Shown here piece after piece: positions 46,720-57,061 of a DNA stretch of 64,000 nucleotides. Both the position numbers and the translations under genes were made by a program. The DNA lies in contig CAWART010000020.1 in the NCBI GenBank assembly GCA_963784525.1, positions 151,844 through 215,843 on the forward strand, written 5' to 3'. A model generated the notes under the pieces. It was not told the DNA's origin, searched no databases, and saw only the letters and a list, made by a program, of their open reading frames with translations. Every line of letters starts with the position of its first letter. Position 1 is the first letter of the stretch. This DNA is from Candidatus Aminicenantes bacterium. GTDB lineage: Bacteria > Acidobacteriota > Aminicenantia > Aminicenantales > Saccharicenantaceae.

Positions 46720-47802
46720 TCACCGGTTGCGCCTGTATAAATAGGCGCTGTCGCGGAGCTTGTTCCCGGTCCCGTCGTGAACGGCGAAAGAAGCTCCTTC
46801 GAACATGGACGCGGCCCCGAATTCCCCCTTCTTGTTCAGGGCATAGAAATTGAGCCCGAAACGGGGGCGGCCGTCGGCGTCCGTCATCTTGAGCCGGCGG
46901 GGCCAGAGCTTCGCCTTGTCCGCGATCGCCTCCATGGCCTTGAGGCACGCCTGTTCGGGATCGAGCCCGGCCGCCATGAAGGAGACCACCTGAAAGCTCG
47001 CGCAGGTCCGGATATTGGCCTCGCCGACCCCGGTCGAGCCGGCCGCTCCGACGGCGTTGTCCACGTAGAGCCCGGCGCCGACGATCGGCGAATCGCCGAC
47101 CCGGCCGGACAGTTTGTAGGACAGTCCGCTCGTCGTCGTCACGCCGGCGAGAACGCCCCCGTCGCCGAGAGCGAGACAGTTGATGGTCCCGTGGGTCATG
47201 ACGACGGACCGGATGTCGGCGGCGAGATCCCCGGACTGGGGCGCCAGCCAGTTATCCCGGTCCGAGAGAGTCTCCTTCCACTTCAGCCAGGCTTCCCGCG
47301 CCTTGTCCGTCAGGAGGTCTTCCCTCTTGAATCCGTGGGCCAGGGCGAACTTGAGGGCCCCTTCGCCGACGAGAAGACAATGCTGGGTCCGCTCCATGAC
47401 GAGCTTCGCGACCCTGGACGGGTTCTTGATGTCGCGGATGGCCGCGACGGCGCCGGAGGCGTGGGTCGGACCGTACATGACCGAGGCATCGAGCTCGACG
47501 ACGCCGTCCTCGTTCGGCAGGCCGCCGTAGCCGACGGACATGTCGTCGGGGTCGTCTTCGACGATGTTGACCCCGGCAATGACGGCGTCGAGCGGATCGC
47601 CGCCGGCCCGCATGACCTCCATGGCCTTGTCCGTGGCCCGCATGCCGTTGCCGCTCGAGACGGCACGGAAGGTGCCGGCCGGGGCCGGAGGGTCGGGGCG
47701 CGTGCTTCCGGCAAGGACCGGCCTGCCCGCTCCGGGAAGCAGGGCCGCGGCTCCGAGGCCCGCGCCCGTCCGGATGAAATCGCGTCGCGAATATCGGCTC
47801 AT
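46720..47802 (-). CDS. Tat-exported Ntn-hydrolase glycosylasparaginase/isoaspartyl peptidase
   Basis: ATG at 47802 with a GAGGAGG RBS. Leader MSRYSRRDFIRTGAGLGAAALL. Autoprocessing-site-like THGTINC. Confidence 0.8.
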   Translation of the reverse strand: MSRYSRRDFIRTGAGLGAAALLPGAGRPVLAGSTRPDPPAPAGTFRAVSSGNGMRATDKAMEVMRAGGDPLDAVIAGVNIVEDDPDDMSVGYGGLPNEDGVVELDASVMYGPTHASGAVAAIRDIKNPSRVAKLVMERTQHCLLVGEGALKFALAHGFKREDLLTDKAREAWLKWKETLSDRDNWLAPQSGDLAADIRSVVMTHGTINCLALGDGGVLAGVTTTSGLSYKLSGRVGDSPIVGAGLYVDNAVGAAGSTGVGEANIRTCASFQVVSFMAAGLDPEQACLKAMEAIADKAKLWPRRLKMTDADGRPRFGLNFYALNKKGEFGAASMFEGASFAVHDGTGNKLRDSAYLYRRNR

Positions 47803-47879
47803 GGGATGTCGCCTCCTCTTTCCGGAAATAGAGCTTAAAATATCGCTTTTCGATGCCGGGGGCAAGGAAAAAACGGAGG

Positions 47880-50249
47880 TTACTCGGTCTCTTCGAGGAG
47901 CATGACCAGGACGGAATGGTCGCCGGCCGGAATGTCGAAATCGACGGAGCTCCCCGTGAACACCTTGACCTCGCGGTTGTCGATGAGGAGCTGGTGCTTG
48001 CCATTCTTCAGGAGCCGGATGCCGACCTCCCGTTCATCAAGGGCCTTGAAGTCGAACGAAACCTCGCTCTCCGTGTACAGGAATCGGCGGACGACGGCTC
48101 CGCCGTCGGTCCTGACGAGCGTCCGGCCTTCCTCGCGGAGGACCGTCCGCGAGGGGGCGACCTCGACCTCGTAATGCCGGCCCTGGATGGCGATGCGGGA
48201 GAGCCTTCCCTTGGATTCGGGCTTGAGCATCCCGAAGCGGAATCCCTCCCAAGGCGTGAAATCCAGGTATTCCTCGATCGCGATGAGGGCCAGGAGCGGT
48301 CCCCGGCTCTGATATCTCTCCCCCGCCGCCTCGCCGGTCCGGGTGTCGTAACTTTCCGGACACAACTGGAAGTTCTTCCAGCTCCTGAGGAAGAGGTCCG
48401 CGCTTTTCCGGGCGAGGTCTTCGGCCACGGCGTCGAATCCGTAGGCTTTCAGGCCCTGGTAGACGAGATAGTTCGTCATCGGGCGGATCGCCCCGCGCCG
48501 GGACTTCTGGTCCTTGAGGGCCGGGTCCGACCGGGAGACCGTCGGGACGACGAATTCGCCCCAGAACTTTCTGGGGTCCAGAAGGTGCTTGAGGAGCCGG
48601 AGGCCCCGCTTTTCGTCGGGGATGCGGGCGATGAGAGGATAGAAGCTCGAGGCGGACGACCTCGTGGAGAACCGTCCGTCCCAGTGCCGGTCGAAATAGG
48701 CCCCTTCCTTTTCGTTCCACAGCTTCGCGTTGACGAGGGCCCGGACCTTCTCATATTCGTCGAGGTACGTCTGGGCGGCCTGGTCCCTGTCCAGGATGCC
48801 GGCGATCTGGGACAGGCACCAGGCATCGAGGGCGAACAGGCAGTTCAGGTCAAGACAATTCATCTTGAGGGTGCCCGCATCATCGTCCCAGCCGGCCTCG
48901 TCCCAGCCCGGAAGGTCGTCCATCCCGGATTCCCGGATCGCCCGCTGTTTTGGGGCAAGCTTTTCCGCCCCGGGCGTGCCGCTCGCGGCGGCGAGATCGA
49001 CGTCGGCGCCCCATTCAAGGAGGCCGTCGCCGTTCCCGTCCCGCCGCGTGCTTCCGTCGGATCTCCTGGCCGACCAGAAGGCGTGCCATCTTTCGAGATA
49101 GGGATAGGCGTGATTCAGGATCTCCATGTCCCCGACCCTCTGGAAGAGCTTGAGAACGACGTACGATCCGACGGGGGGACTGGACCTGTCCGGCGAGCCT
49201 CCCCGGCGGCCCCTCCAGCCGGGGATGTTGCCGTTGGGATACTGCGTCTCGAGGACCGCCCGGACGGCGTCGGCCGCGTGCTTCGGGCTCTCGACGGAGA
49301 GCGCGAGGGCGCTGAAAAGGGCGTCCCCGCCGTCTATCGTCCAGTCGTCGGAGGCTCCGTCCGGTCCGGCGATGATCGCGTTCCGGGACGCCGGTGCGTA
49401 GAACCGGTGCGGGCCGGCCTGGTAAAGGGTCGACCAAAAGGCATTATCGGACACGGCCTCCGGGGCCCCGGCGAAAAGCCCGTCGATCCGGACGCGCTTT
49501 TTCCGAAGCCCCTCCTCTTCTTCCGAGAGGATCGAATCGATGGTCCTGGCGTTCTGGTACCTATATATATGGTTGCGGACGTATTTGGGATCGTCGCCCA
49601 CTCCGGCGGCGAAATACAGGCTCCGCCCGTCCTCCCCCGAGAACTCGACGGCGAGCGGGCGCGATGAGGCCGATGGCGCCAGGCCGGGACGGTCCGTCCA
49701 CAGGGCGAAATGATGGCGGCGCGCTTCCCCGCTCTGGCCCAGGACGCGCCCGTCGGCCTGAAGGTCGTAGGCGCCCTGGGTATCCCAGGGAAAATAGAAG
49801 ACGATCGAGATCTTGATGTTCTCCGGGAACCGGAGCCGGCCCAGGACGGTCTTTTCGTCCTGCCGCGACCATTCCAGGGTCAAGGTGTCCGCCCGGCCGG
49901 CCGGCTTGATCTTGACCGGCGTGTCCCGGCCCATCCGGAAGGGCATGCCGAGGTCGAATTTCAGCCGGGCGTATTGGCCGTCCGGCGAGTTCGGGCCGAC
50001 CTCGGAGACCAGGAAATAGAGGTCGGACGATTCGGCGACGCGGCCTTCCTTTTCGACGCGGAAACGGAAGGCGAAGGCGCTCTCCCGGCCGGGGACGAGG
50101 ACGAGCCCGGGCCAGGCGGCCGCGTCGAGGCTTCCGATGTAAACGTCCTTCCAGGGATAGAAGATCTCGGCGGGGGCGCGTCGGGAGGTCATGGATATGA
50201 GGAGGCCCGCCGCCAGGAGCCCGATGACGAATCTTTTCGATCGACGCAT
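47880..50249 (-). CDS. secreted GH63/trehalase-like (alpha/alpha)6 glycosidase
   Basis: Start at MRRSKRFVIGLLAAGLL (50249). Contains RESGMDDLPGWDE and a C-terminal six-hairpin-like region. Confidence 0.7.
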   Translation of the reverse strand: MRRSKRFVIGLLAAGLLISMTSRRAPAEIFYPWKDVYIGSLDAAAWPGLVLVPGRESAFAFRFRVEKEGRVAESSDLYFLVSEVGPNSPDGQYARLKFDLGMPFRMGRDTPVKIKPAGRADTLTLEWSRQDEKTVLGRLRFPENIKISIVFYFPWDTQGAYDLQADGRVLGQSGEARRHHFALWTDRPGLAPSASSRPLAVEFSGEDGRSLYFAAGVGDDPKYVRNHIYRYQNARTIDSILSEEEEGLRKKRVRIDGLFAGAPEAVSDNAFWSTLYQAGPHRFYAPASRNAIIAGPDGASDDWTIDGGDALFSALALSVESPKHAADAVRAVLETQYPNGNIPGWRGRRGGSPDRSSPPVGSYVVLKLFQRVGDMEILNHAYPYLERWHAFWSARRSDGSTRRDGNGDGLLEWGADVDLAAASGTPGAEKLAPKQRAIRESGMDDLPGWDEAGWDDDAGTLKMNCLDLNCLFALDAWCLSQIAGILDRDQAAQTYLDEYEKVRALVNAKLWNEKEGAYFDRHWDGRFSTRSSASSFYPLIARIPDEKRGLRLLKHLLDPRKFWGEFVVPTVSRSDPALKDQKSRRGAIRPMTNYLVYQGLKAYGFDAVAEDLARKSADLFLRSWKNFQLCPESYDTRTGEAAGERYQSRGPLLALIAIEEYLDFTPWEGFRFGMLKPESKGRLSRIAIQGRHYEVEVAPSRTVLREEGRTLVRTDGGAVVRRFLYTESEVSFDFKALDEREVGIRLLKNGKHQLLIDNREVKVFTGSSVDFDIPAGDHSVLVMLLEETE

Positions 50250-50312
50250 GCCGTTGTCGCCCGCCCCTAATGTAGGGGAAAACCGGAATGAAAGCAACCG
50301 GCGTGCGCCGGC

Positions 50313-50341
50313 TTGTCGGGGCCGGGGCCCGGGGATATAAT
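50313..50341 (+). promoter_or_regulatory. putative promoter, leaderless DUF362 transcript
   Basis: TTGTCG-N17-TATAAT (50336-50341). The ATG at 50351 lies 9 nt downstream with no SD. Confidence 0.35.
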
Positions 50342-50350
50342 GGCGTTCCC

Positions 50351-51512
50351 ATGAGCGCGCGAGTGGCCGTCGTCAGATGCCCGTCATATGAAGATCGGCC
50401 GCTCGGCGACGCCGTCGCCCGGAGCCTCGAGCTCGTCGGCGGCCTCGAGGCGAGCCTCGGGACCGGGCGCAAAGTGTTCGTCAAGATCAATCACCTCTCC
50501 CCCGGCTCTCCGCCCGAACGCGCCATCGTCACCCACCCGCTCTTTACGAGGCAGGTCCTCGCCTTTCTCAAGGACCTCGGCGCGGACATCACCGTCGGCG
50601 ACGATATCCAGTCGGGGGCCGTGGACGGCTTCGAGGTCTCCGGTTATGCCGCGATGTGCCGCGGGATGGGCGTCCGTCTCATCAATCTGAAGTCGGCCGG
50701 CTTTCGCGAGGTCCCCTGCCCGGCCGGCGAAGCCCTGAAGAGCGTCCATGTCTCGGCCGCCGTCCTGGACGCCGACGTCGTCATCAACCTCCCGAAGCTC
50801 AAGACCCATTCCTTCACGGGCTTCACGGGAGCCGTCAAGAACATGTACGGCGTCATCCCCTACGGAAGCCGGCTCGAACTTCACAGCCGGTTCCCGGGGA
50901 GCGAGGCCTTCTCCCGGATGCTCGTCGACGTCTTCGCCTGCGTTCCGCCCCGCCTGACCCTCATGGACGGGATCGTGGCCATGGAGGGTCCGGGCCCGGC
51001 GGGGGGAACCGCAAGGACCGTAGGCCTCATCCTGGCGGGCCGCGACGGCGTGGCCGTGGACGCCGTCGCGCAGGACATCGCGGGCTTCGGGCCCGACGAC
51101 GTCGAGACGACCGCCTCGGCCGCCCGCCGCGGCCTTGGGGAGGCCGACCTGCGGGCCATCGAGATCTCCGGGGAGGCTCTCGCCGGCGTCCGGGTGAAAC
51201 GATTCCGAAAGGCGGCGCTTCCGGTCGGCCTGCTCAAACGGAAGCTCCCCGCGTCCTTGTATGCCTACATATCGGGAGAGCTGGCCCTCTCCCCCGAGGT
51301 CATCGCGGCCGCGTGCACGGGATGCGGGGACGTGCCGGGACGTCTGCCCCCGGCGGGCCGTCGTCATGGAAGGCGGCCGCGCGCGCATCCTCGAAGGGCC
51401 CTGCATCCGATGCCTCTGCTGTCACGAGGTCTGTCGCTCCGACGCCATCCGGCTTCGCCAGCGGCCGGTGGGCCGGGCCGCCCGGGCCCTGGCTTCCCTT
51501 TTCCGGCTGTAA
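50351..51512 (+). pseudogene. DUF362 domain protein with C-terminal 2x[4Fe-4S] ferredoxin, one frameshift
   Basis: Contains VKINHL and LKTHSFTGFTGAVKNMYG. CTGCG|TCRDVCP is restored by dropping one G of the GGGG run at 51326-29. A second cluster reads CIRCLCCHEVC. Confidence 0.75.
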
Positions 51513-51585
51513 AAACGGGTGAATTATTCCCCCCTTTGTGATAACGTGGGAGTCCGCATATCGATCGCGATCGACGGAGGGACCC

Positions 51586-52716
51586 ATGGATTTCAACCGC
51601 TATTTCGCCTCGCGGCGGGGCGAGCTCCTCAACACGCTCAAGAAGGTCGTGTCCCTCGAATCGCCGACGTCCGACAAGAAAGCCGTCGACGCCTGTGCCG
51701 CGTTCGTCATCGGCGAGTTCCGGAAGACCGGGGCCAAGATCACCCGCGTTCCGCAGAAGGACATCGGCGACCTCCATCTCATCGAATACGCGCCCGGAGC
51801 CGTGAAGGGCGACGCGGAGCGGATCCTCGTCCTCACGCACATCGATACCGTCTGGCCCGTCGGCCGGATCGGGACGATGCCGTACTACGTGTCGGGCGAC
51901 AAGGTTTACGGGCCCGGAGCTCTCGATATGAAGGCGGGCGTGGTCATGGCGCTGTTCGCCCTCTGCACCCTGCGCCAGCTGAATATCGTCCCGAAAAAGC
52001 GGATCGCGGTCTTCATCAATTCGGCCGAGGAGACGGGGCACGACGCGGCGCATGCGGTCATCAAGGATCTCGCCCGGAGATCGTCGCTGGTCCTGTGTCT
52101 CGAGCCCGCCATTCCGGGCGGCGCCCTCAAGCTGGAGAGGAAAGGGCGTCTCGTCGTCAGGCTCGAGGCCCGGGGGAAGGCCGCCCACGCGGGTTCGCCC
52201 GACAAGGGCGTCAACGCCGTCGAGGAACTGGCGGCCCAGATCGTCCGGCTCAAGAAGGTCCGGACCGGCGAGGTCACGGCGAACGTCGGGGTCTTCTCCG
52301 GCGGGGAAAAAGCCAACGTCGTTCCGGACGCGGCGACGGCCGTTCTCGACGTCCGGTTCTGGAGGAGCACAGACCGGGAGCGGGTTCGCACCTACTTCCG
52401 CGAGCTCCAGCCGGTGATCAAGGGCGCGAAGATCAAGGCCGTCATCGAGAATCCGACCCCTCCCATGGAGAAGACGAAGGCCTCGATGGAGCTCTTCGCC
52501 CGGGCCTGCGGGATCGCCGCGGGGCTGGGGCAGACCCTCACGGGAGGCAAGACCGGAGGCGGCTCGGACGCGTCCATCGCCTCGAGCCTCGGGATCCCCA
52601 CTCTGGACGGATTGGGCCCGGACGGGGACGGGCTCCACGCCGCGCACGAACAGGTCCTCATCCCCTCGTTCGTCGAGAGGACGGCCCTCCTGACGGAGCT
52701 CCTGGCGAAGCTCTGA
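51586..52716 (+). CDS. M20-family peptidase (glutamate carboxypeptidase-like)
   Basis: ATG at 51586 follows GGAGG. Contains THIDTV, GPGALDMKAG and NSAEETG. Confidence 0.8.
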   Translation: MDFNRYFASRRGELLNTLKKVVSLESPTSDKKAVDACAAFVIGEFRKTGAKITRVPQKDIGDLHLIEYAPGAVKGDAERILVLTHIDTVWPVGRIGTMPYYVSGDKVYGPGALDMKAGVVMALFALCTLRQLNIVPKKRIAVFINSAEETGHDAAHAVIKDLARRSSLVLCLEPAIPGGALKLERKGRLVVRLEARGKAAHAGSPDKGVNAVEELAAQIVRLKKVRTGEVTANVGVFSGGEKANVVPDAATAVLDVRFWRSTDRERVRTYFRELQPVIKGAKIKAVIENPTPPMEKTKASMELFARACGIAAGLGQTLTGGKTGGGSDASIASSLGIPTLDGLGPDGDGLHAAHEQVLIPSFVERTALLTELLAKL

Positions 52717-52756
52717 AAATATTCCCGGGACTTCGACCGGAACCGGTCCGCCCGAA

Positions 52757-52785
52757 TTGACGGCACCCGCAAAATTTGTTACGCT
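52757..52785 (+). promoter_or_regulatory. putative promoter of the aminotransferase-serA pair
   Basis: TTGACG (52757-62), N17, TACGCT (52780-85), with an AGGAGG RBS before the ATG at 52817. Confidence 0.35.
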
Positions 52786-52816
52786 TGTTCCTAATTCATA
52801 CTCTAGGAGGAATCCC

Positions 52817-53962
52817 ATGATCAAAAAATACTATCTGCTCTCTCCCGGACCGACGCCGATCCCGGACAAGGTCCTTTCCGTTGCCGCCGAGCCGATCATC
52901 CACCATCGCACGGCCGAGTTTTCCGCCCTCTTCATGGAGGTGACGGAAGGCCTCAAGTCCGTCTTCCAGACGAAGGAGGACGTGTTCGTCCTGACCTCGT
53001 CGGGAACGGGGGCCATGGAGACCGCCATCGTCAACACCCTGTCGCCCGGCGACCGGGTCCTCGCGATCAACGCCGGAAAGTTCGGCGAGCGTTGGGGCAA
53101 CATCTGCAAGGCCTACGGCATCGCCTGCCGCGACATCGTCGTCGAGTGGGGCGCCGACTTCACCAAGGAACAGCTGGCCGCCGAACTCGCCGCCGATCCC
53201 GGCGTCAAGGCCGTCCTGACCACCCTCTCCGAGACCTCGACCGGCGCCGTCTACGACATCAAGGGCTTCGGCGAGGTCGTGGCCGCGACCGACGCCATCC
53301 TGGTCGTCGACGGGATCTCCGGCCTGGGCGCCACGCCCTGCCCCATGGACGCATGGAAGATCGACGTCCTGGTGACAGGCTCCCAGAAGTCGTTCATGAT
53401 CCCGCCCGGTCTCGCCTACATCGCGGTCGGACCCAAGGGCTGGAAGGCGGTCGAAGCCGCCAAGCTCCCCAAGTTCTACTTCGACCTGAAGAAGGCCAAG
53501 AAGAACCTGGCCAACAAGACGACACCCTGGACGCCCGCGATCTCCCTCATCGTCCAGCAGAAGAAGGCCCTGGACATCATCAACGGCCTCGGCCTCGATA
53601 AGCTCTTCGAGCACCACCGCATCCTCGGCGACGCGACCCGGGCCGGCGTCAGGGCCATCGGCCTCGAGCTCCTCGCGAAGAAGCCCGGCAACATCCTGAC
53701 CGCCGTCAAGATCCCCGCCGGCGTCGACGGTGTCAAGATCGTCAAGACCATGCAGTCCAAGTACATGGCGTACATCGCCGGGGCCCAGGACCCGAACAAA
53801 GGCAAGTTCTTCCGCATCGCCCACCTCGGCTACATGGGCGGCTTCGACGTCATCACGGCCCTCTCGGCCCTGGAGATGACGCTCCTCGACCTCGGCTATG
53901 CGTTCGAGCCCGGCGGCGCCGTCAAGGCCGCCCAGTCCGTTCTGAAGGAGAACTGGCAATGA
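52817..53962 (+). CDS. class V aminotransferase (AGXT/archaeal-type phosphoserine aminotransferase-like)
   Basis: Contains MIKKYYLLSPGPTPIP and GSQKSFMIPPG (PLP Lys). It overlaps serA by 4 nt. Confidence 0.85.
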   Translation: MIKKYYLLSPGPTPIPDKVLSVAAEPIIHHRTAEFSALFMEVTEGLKSVFQTKEDVFVLTSSGTGAMETAIVNTLSPGDRVLAINAGKFGERWGNICKAYGIACRDIVVEWGADFTKEQLAAELAADPGVKAVLTTLSETSTGAVYDIKGFGEVVAATDAILVVDGISGLGATPCPMDAWKIDVLVTGSQKSFMIPPGLAYIAVGPKGWKAVEAAKLPKFYFDLKKAKKNLANKTTPWTPAISLIVQQKKALDIINGLGLDKLFEHHRILGDATRAGVRAIGLELLAKKPGNILTAVKIPAGVDGVKIVKTMQSKYMAYIAGAQDPNKGKFFRIAHLGYMGGFDVITALSALEMTLLDLGYAFEPGGAVKAAQSVLKENWQ

Positions 53963-54858
53963 CCAAGGTCCTGATCGCGGATTCCCTGGACAAGGAGGCC
54001 GTGGATGCCCTCAAGGCCGTCCCCGGCTTCGAGGTCGTCGTCAAGACCGGCATGAAGGAGGATGAGCTCGTCGGGTTCGTCCCCGGATTCAACGCGATCG
54101 TCGTCCGCAGCGCGACGAAGATCACCCGGCCGGTCATCGAGGCGGGCAAGGACCTCAAGGTCCTCGTCCGGGCCGGCATCGGCCTCGACAACATCGACTC
54201 GGCCGCCGCCAAGGAAAGGAAGATCGTGGTCGCCAACACGCCGGCCGCGACGTCCATCTCGGTGGCCGAACACACGTTCGGGCTGATGCTCGGCGCCGTC
54301 CGGAACCACGGCAAGGCCGTGGTCTCTATGAAACAGCACAAGTGGGACAAGAAGCTCCTCGAAGGGACCGAGCTCTACGGAAAGACCCTGGGCATCATCG
54401 GCTGCGGCCGCATCGGCCTCGAAGTGGCCCGGCGGGCCATCGCCTTCGGGATGACCGTCCTCGCCTACGACATCGTGCCCATCAAGACCGACCTGGCCCT
54501 GACGCAGGTTCCCCTGGACGAGATCCTGGCCAGGGCCGACCTCATCACGCTCCACATCCCCAAACAGCCTCAGCCCGTCATCGGCGCGGCCGAGTTCGCG
54601 AAGGTCAAGGACGGCGTCATCATCGTCAACGTGGCCCGCGGCGGGGTCGTCGACGAGAAGGCCCTCCTCGACGCCCTGAACTCGGGCAAGGTGCGGGCCG
54701 CCGCCCTGGACGTCTTCGCCAAGGAGCCGCCCGAGGACTTCACGCTCATCGATCACCCGAACGTCATCCCCATCCCCCACCTTGGCGCGGCCGCCAAAGA
54801 GGGCCAGCAGAGGGCGGGACTCGAGGTCGTCCGGATCCTCAAGGAAAAGCTCGGGTAA
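53959..54858 (+). CDS. serA: D-3-phosphoglycerate dehydrogenase (short form)
   Basis: 299 aa. Contains GIIGCGRIG, VNVARGGVVDE and PHLGAA. Confidence 0.85.
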   Translation: MTKVLIADSLDKEAVDALKAVPGFEVVVKTGMKEDELVGFVPGFNAIVVRSATKITRPVIEAGKDLKVLVRAGIGLDNIDSAAAKERKIVVANTPAATSISVAEHTFGLMLGAVRNHGKAVVSMKQHKWDKKLLEGTELYGKTLGIIGCGRIGLEVARRAIAFGMTVLAYDIVPIKTDLALTQVPLDEILARADLITLHIPKQPQPVIGAAEFAKVKDGVIIVNVARGGVVDEKALLDALNSGKVRAAALDVFAKEPPEDFTLIDHPNVIPIPHLGAAAKEGQQRAGLEVVRILKEKLG

Positions 54859-54989
54859 GGCCCCAAAGGTTTTCCGGAGGGGCCGGGCATGATGCGGACC
54901 CGGCGCGATGGGTGAAACGCGCATACGCGGACCGCGGGATGGCCGGCCCCCAAGTGGCGTTTTCACCGGCATTGGACTAAAATAGGCCT

Positions 54990-56154
54990 GTGAGCGAACA
55001 CATGATCTATCTGGATAACAACGCGACGACGCCCGTCGACCCCGCCGTCGCCGGGAAGATGGCGGAGTTTCTTCGAGAGCGGTTCGGGAATCCGTCCTCC
55101 CTGTATCCGGTGGGCCGGACGGCCAAGGAGGCCCTGACCGAGAGCCGCGAGGCCGTGGCCGGGTTCCTCGGCGCCCACCGCTCGGAGATCACCTTCACGG
55201 GCTCCGGGACGGAAGCCGACAATTTCGCCCTTCAGGGGATCTTGGAGGCTCATCCGGAAAAAGCCGAGATCGTCACCTCGGTGATCGAACATCCGGCCGT
55301 GCTCGAGACGGCCAGGGCCCTCGAGGCGAGGGGGGTCGTGGTTCGCTACGCCCCGGTGGACAGCACCGGCCTCGTGGACCTGGACTTCATCCGGAGCGCG
55401 GTGACCCCGCGGACCGCCCTCGTGTCCGTCATGCACGCCAACAATGAGCTCGGGACGATCCAGCCCGTCGAGGAGATCGTCCGCATCGCCCACGACAAGG
55501 GCGCGCTCGTCCACACCGACGCCGTCCAGTCGTTCGGCAAGATGCCCGTCGACGTCGACCGGCTCGGCGTCGATCTGCTGACCGTCTCAGCGCACAAGAT
55601 CTACGGTCCCAAGGGCGTCGGCGCGCTGTATATCCGCCGGGGGACGGACATCCGGCCGTTCATCCACGGCGGGCATCAGGAGCGGGGCCTCCGGGCGGGG
55701 ACGGAGAACACGGCGGGCATCGTCGGGTTCGGCGAAGCCGTCCGCGTCCTCGGAGAGCGGATGAAGAAGGACAAGGACAGGCTCGAGAAGCTCGCCGAAA
55801 AGCTCAAGATCGGCGATCGAAACCCGGGTCCCGAAGGTCCGGTTCAACGGCCATCCCGAGCGGCGGGTCAAGAGCACCCTGAACTTCGCCTTCCCGGGAC
55901 TCGAGGCCGAGGCCATCCTCCTGGCCCTGGCTACGAAGGGGATCTACGTTTCGACGGGATCGGCCTGCAGCGAGGAGTCCGAAGAGGCCTCCCATGTCCT
56001 GCTGGCCATCGGGCTCAGGCCCGAGATCGCGAGGTCCTGCATCCGGATGTCCCTGGGCCGGTTCAATACGGAAGAGGACGTCGCGACGGTCCTCTCGGAA
56101 CTGCCGGACATCATCGACAAGCTGAGGAAGATATCGGCCTTCGACCCGGCCTGA
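54990..56154 (+). pseudogene. nifS: cysteine desulfurase (NifS/IscS class), one frameshift
   Basis: Contains IYLDNNATTP and SAHKIYGPKG. After ...EKLKI the frame shifts near 55812 into AIETRVPKVRFNGHP...STGSACS...RMSLGRFNTEEDV..., with the stop at 56152-54. Confidence 0.85.
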
Positions 56155-56163
56155 AGATCCGGC

Positions 56164-56705
56164 TCACCCCCTCTGTTCCAGATACCGCGCCCTCACGCTC
56201 CGGAAGAAATCCCGATATCCCTCCCCGCGGAGATCGGGATAGGTCCAGTCAAGGACCCTTATCCCCGTCTTCGAAAAGAGGAATTCGAGGTGCGCGTAGA
56301 TCCCGTTCCGGAGCGGGACGCGGTGGGCGAAATCCTTGGTCGTGGCCATGATCAACGCCGCGGCCGTAACGCAGCCCGGGTCGAGATTCACGACCCGGCG
56401 GACGGGATCCGATGGCGCGCCGGATCTCGTCCTCCAGAGCGTTGGTCCGGAGCTTGATGTCCGGCAGGGCCTCCGGACGGATGAGCTCCGCGAAGCTCAG
56501 GAATCGCCGCTCGAGCCCGCGGCCCATCTCGGCGGCATAATAGTCCGTCAGGTCGAAAGCGAGGGCGGGGCTCCTCAGGTCGACCGGGCCGTAAAGGGCC
56601 TCGAGCCGCCTCTCGGCCCCGGCGGCCGCATCCGGACCGGAACTGATGATCCCGCAGACGAGCTTGACCGGCGCGAAGGGCTTCGGGTCCGCCATGGCTC
56701 TCAAA
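56164..56705 (-). pseudogene. DUF4416 family protein, one frameshift
   Basis: MADPKPFAPVKLVCGIISS... (ATG at 56705) joins VNLDPGCVTAAALIMATTKDFAHR... (56164..56391). The frames switch within 56394-56401. Confidence 0.7.
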
Positions 56706-56908
56706 ATAGGCCAATCCCGGGGAAATAACAAGGTTCTTCTCCCGATTCCGGGAGCCGTTCTCTCCGAGCAATCTAGAGATAAGTGGGATTGGGAGGCGTT
56801 CTCCGGGGTTCGGAGGCCGCCCCTTGGCCCCAGACCCAGAAATCTATAAATAGGTTCCCCTGCCGGAAAGCCGATCGGCCTTGACGGCTGGCCCCCCTCC
56901 CACCCACT

Positions 56909-56990
56909 ACCGGAGACACTGACATCGAACCCCTTGAATTCCAAGGGGGATGGGGGATAAAGATCGGGCATAGTTGGGAGTGTCTCCGGT
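56909..56990. repeat. 12-bp perfect inverted repeat enclosing a nested hairpin
   Basis: ACCGGAGACACT (56909-20) pairs with AGTGTCTCCGGT (56979-90). The inner hairpin is ccccttg-aattc-caagggg (56930-48). Confidence 0.6.
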
Positions 56991-57061
56991 CCAAAAACTC
57001 GGGGCTTACGGGGCGGCCCTCCTCGCCCCGGGCACGCCTCCATCAACCCGTCGGAGATCTT

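Noticed and set aside
54858-54883. GGCCCC...GGGGCC hairpin after serA as an intrinsic terminator.
   Set aside because: It has a 14-nt loop and no downstream T-tract. It is too weak to call.
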